Positions 6,276-7,905 of a stretch of 7,905 nucleotides of DNA are shown here, in pieces. The stretch lies in IMG/VR virus record IMGVR_UViG_2713896795_000006, positions 1 to 7,905 of that record. One strand, written 5' to 3'. The notes beneath the pieces were generated by a model that saw nothing but the letters and a program-made list of their open reading frames with translations, was not told the DNA's origin and searched no databases. How positions within the stretch are numbered: position 1 is the stretch's first letter; each line of letters opens with the position of its first letter. Source of the stretch: a virus. Its lineage: Duplodnaviria; Heunggongvirae; Uroviricota; Caudoviricetes. Both the position numbers and the translations under genes were made by a program.

Positions 6276-6647
6276 TCAGGCGCGGCGGCATTTTTGCGCC
6301 GCAATCCATCTCGCTATGAGATCTTCCATTGATTCTTTTTTCTGTTTTAACTCGCTGATTATCTGGCGTTGCTCATCCTCAGGGAAGGCTGAAAAAATCT
6401 GCAATAATTCCAGTTGATTAGACGTTAATCCTGCATGCGGTGGAGAAACCTCTGGTTGTTCTGCGTATTCCGCATCCAGATACCCCTCCGGCATCCCGTA
6501 TGTTTGCTCTATTCTTCTGGCTGCCTTTTCTCCAAACGAGGCTCTCCCACTCATTAGCTGAGATAGGTAGCTCTTCTCTTTGGGTGGCAGAGTTTTATCT
6601 TTAAACCACTCCTTGAGACGTAAACGGCGAATTTCTTTTTTTTGCAT
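6276..6647 (-). CDS. paaR2: HTH (XRE/cI-like) transcriptional repressor lacking a peptidase domain, 123 aa (PaaR2-like; C-terminal region DicA-like)
   Basis: ATG at 6647 within ORF-track ORF 6276..6710 (the track start at 6710 is GTG). N-terminal HTH-like segment KSYLSQLMSGRASFGEKAARRIEQTYGMPEGYLD. C-terminal LTSNQLELLQIFSAFPEDEQRQIISELK resembles the DicA C-terminus (LSPKELELLELFNALPESEQ...). No SD before the ATG, and a -10-like GATAAT lies 7 nt upstream, consistent with a leaderless, cI-like transcript. First gene of the three-gene operon. Confidence 0.8.
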   Translation of the reverse strand: MQKKEIRRLRLKEWFKDKTLPPKEKSYLSQLMSGRASFGEKAARRIEQTYGMPEGYLDAEYAEQPEVSPPHAGLTSNQLELLQIFSAFPEDEQRQIISELKQKKESMEDLIARWIAAQKCRRA

Positions 6648-6744
6648 GTGGTAATTATCTTTAGTAATCACTAAACAAGCAAATACTTGACTTAATGGTT
6701 TATTAAACACTAAACTTGCAAAAAAACACTAAACCGAGGAAGGT
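6648..6744. promoter_or_regulatory. Divergent promoter/operator region between the repressor and the cro-like gene: three direct repeats AA(A/T)CACTAAAC, candidate PR (-35 TTGACT 6687-6692, -10 TAAACT 6711-6716) and candidate leaderless PRM-like promoter (minus strand; -35 TTGCTT = plus 6677-6682, -10 GATAAT = plus 6654-6659)
   Basis: CACTAAAC occurs at 6669-6676, 6708-6715 and 6727-6734 (spacings 39 and 19 bp); the second copy overlaps the PR -10 and the third the predicted start region. The 97-bp AT-rich interval lies between divergently oriented regulator genes. Sequence-based prediction only. Confidence 0.5.
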
Positions 6745-7047
6745 ATGACATTAAAAGAGTTTATTAAATCATTGAGGGTTGGTGATGCCAAGAAATTCGC
6801 GGCCAGACTTGGTGTATCGCCATCTTACCTATCGCAAATGGCGTCTGGACGAGCAGCGATATCTCCAACCCGCGCCCTTATGATCGAATCTGCGACGGAA
6901 GGCCAAGTAAGTAGGGCGGAGCTACGGCCCCATGATTGGGAGATTATTTGGCCTGAGTATGCGCGCGGTATTCGTTTGGGGCAAACGCATGTAGCTCATG
7001 CTGAAGGTGATTGTAGTGCATGCTTATCTGATGGAGTTGATTCATGA
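6745..7047 (+). CDS. ydaS: Cro-like HTH regulator, YdaS family, 100 aa
   Basis: ORF track 6745..7047 (+). Strong SD GAGGAAGG 4 nt upstream. Segment LGVSPSYLSQMASGRAAISPTRALMIESATEGQVSRAELRP matches the YdaS-type HTH pattern (LGVSP...P...IE.AT.G.V....LRP). Stop overlaps the next gene start (ATGA). Confidence 0.85.
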   Translation: MTLKEFIKSLRVGDAKKFAARLGVSPSYLSQMASGRAAISPTRALMIESATEGQVSRAELRPHDWEIIWPEYARGIRLGQTHVAHAEGDCSACLSDGVDS

Positions 7048-7469
7048 AAATCAAGCATGAACACATCCGCATGGCGATGAATGCCTGGGCGCATCCGGAC
7101 GGCGAGAAAGTTCCGGCTGCAGAGATTACCAAAGCGTATTTTGAACTGGGAATGACGTTTCCGGAACTGTACGACGATTCACACCCAGAAGCCCTGGCTC
7201 GCAATACTCAGAAGATTTTCCGCTGGGTGGAGAAAGATACTCCTGATGCGGTTAAAAAAATTCAGGCGTTGTTACCAGCGATCGAAAAGGCAATGCCGCC
7301 ACCGCTGGTGGCCCGAATGCGTAGTCACAGTTCGGAGTATCACCGGGAGATTGTCGAGCGACGGGATCGGCTGGTGAAAGATATCGATGAGTTCGTTGCA
7401 TCAGCGATCGTTCTGTTCGACCAGATGAATCGCGGTGGTCCGGCAGGAAATGCCGTGGCGGTGCATTGA
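7044..7469 (+). CDS. ydaT: YdaT-family protein, 141 aa (putative CII-like regulator or toxic protein of Rac-type prophages)
   Basis: ORF track 7044..7469 (+). N-terminal MKIKHEHI... is characteristic of YdaT as recalled. Start codon overlaps the ydaS stop (ATGA), indicating translational coupling. Confidence 0.8.
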   Translation: MKIKHEHIRMAMNAWAHPDGEKVPAAEITKAYFELGMTFPELYDDSHPEALARNTQKIFRWVEKDTPDAVKKIQALLPAIEKAMPPPLVARMRSHSSEYHREIVERRDRLVKDIDEFVASAIVLFDQMNRGGPAGNAVAVH

Positions 7470-7539
7470 CTGGCAATATTTATACTGGATCGCTTCCGGT
7501 AGTGCGTGATTAAGAGATTCGGTATCAGAAGAGGCAATT

Positions 7540-7905
7540 ATGGCCGCATTACCATACATGCAACTGTACATAGCTGATTACCTGGCCGACACCATGCATT
7601 TGTCAGCAGAGGAGCATGGTGCGTATTTGTTGCTGATGTTCAATTACTGGCAAACAGGAAAGCCAATACCTAAAAACAGGCTGGCAAAAATTGCCCGTCT
7701 GACTAACGAGCGATGGGCTGATGTTGAACCATCCTTGCGGGAGTTTTTTTGCGATAACGGCGATGAATGGATGCACCTTCGGATTGAGGAAGATCTGGCA
7801 TCAGTCAGGGAAAAATCAATAAAAAAATCGGCTGCGGGAAAAGCATCTGTTCAGGCCAGGAGAAACAGAAAGGAATCATATGCTCAAACAAAACACGAGC
7901 GAAAT
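7540..7905 (+). CDS. ydaU: DUF1376/YdaU-like prophage protein, N-terminal 122 codons; 3' end beyond the window
   Basis: Not in the ORF track because no stop lies in the window. ATG at 7540 with SD GAAGAGG 5 nt upstream; open to the window end. Translation MAALPYMQLYIADYLADTMHLSAEEHGAYLLLMFNYWQTGKPIPKNRLAKIARLTNERWADVEPSLREFF... fits the DUF1376 signature (Y.aDYL.DT.HLS..EHGAYLLL...YW..G.P.P). Confidence 0.8.
   Translation, partial: MAALPYMQLYIADYLADTMHLSAEEHGAYLLLMFNYWQTGKPIPKNRLAKIARLTNERWADVEPSLREFFCDNGDEWMHLRIEEDLASVREKSIKKSAAGKASVQARRNRKESYAQTKHERN

Noticed and set aside
6138-6332. 64-aa plus-strand ORF
   Set aside because: Antisense to the antitoxin and repressor genes; no start signals.
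7466-7486. TTGACT followed by TATACT after the ydaT stop
   Set aside because: The spacer is only 9 bp, incompatible with a sigma-70 promoter; treated as chance hexamers.
6944-7537. Minus-strand ORFs of 86, 74 and 65 aa
   Set aside because: Antisense to the coupled ydaS-ydaT pair; no RBS; the plus-strand genes have strong family signatures.
1-7905. Scan for CRISPR repeats, tRNA/rRNA genes and IS elements or terminal inverted repeats
   Set aside because: No regularly spaced direct repeats with unique spacers, no tRNA-like cloverleaf candidates and no transposase-like ORFs were seen; the window appears to be entirely prophage early-region DNA.

Overview
This window reads as the integrase-proximal arm and immunity region of a lambdoid (Rac/Qin/CP-933-like) enterobacterial cryptic prophage. 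All calls rest on reading the sequence and the ORF track against remembered protein families; no database search was run. Left to right, the minus strand carries: a lambda-type tyrosine integrase (1-1131) overlapping an excisionase (1109-1357); an 823-aa multidomain exonuclease (1421-3892) with a C-terminal DnaQ/Orn-like DEDDh domain; a dicB-type division-inhibition module (ydfD-like 3973-4176, dicB-like 4179-4361, DicF sRNA 4536-4588, ydfB-like 5189-5335, ydfA-like 5337-5492); and a three-gene operon of HTH repressor, small antitoxin and ParE-family toxin (paaR2-paaA2-parE2-like, 5784-6647). A divergent control region (6648-6744) separates this from a rightward operon of Cro-like YdaS (6745-7047), YdaT (7044-7469) and a 3'-truncated DUF1376/YdaU-like gene (7540-7905). 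The points most worth follow-up are: (1) the twin promoter and operator architecture implied by identical TTGACT/TAAACT hexamers and a repeated AA(A/T)CACTAAAC motif at both the divergent region and upstream of the ydfA-like operon; (2) the unusual exonuclease, which sits in the exo-bet / recE-recT slot with no annealase gene; (3) a plus-strand small gene at 4925-5192, split across two frames and convergent with the early-left operon in the position where ydfC would be expected. No tRNA, rRNA, CRISPR array or IS element was recognised.
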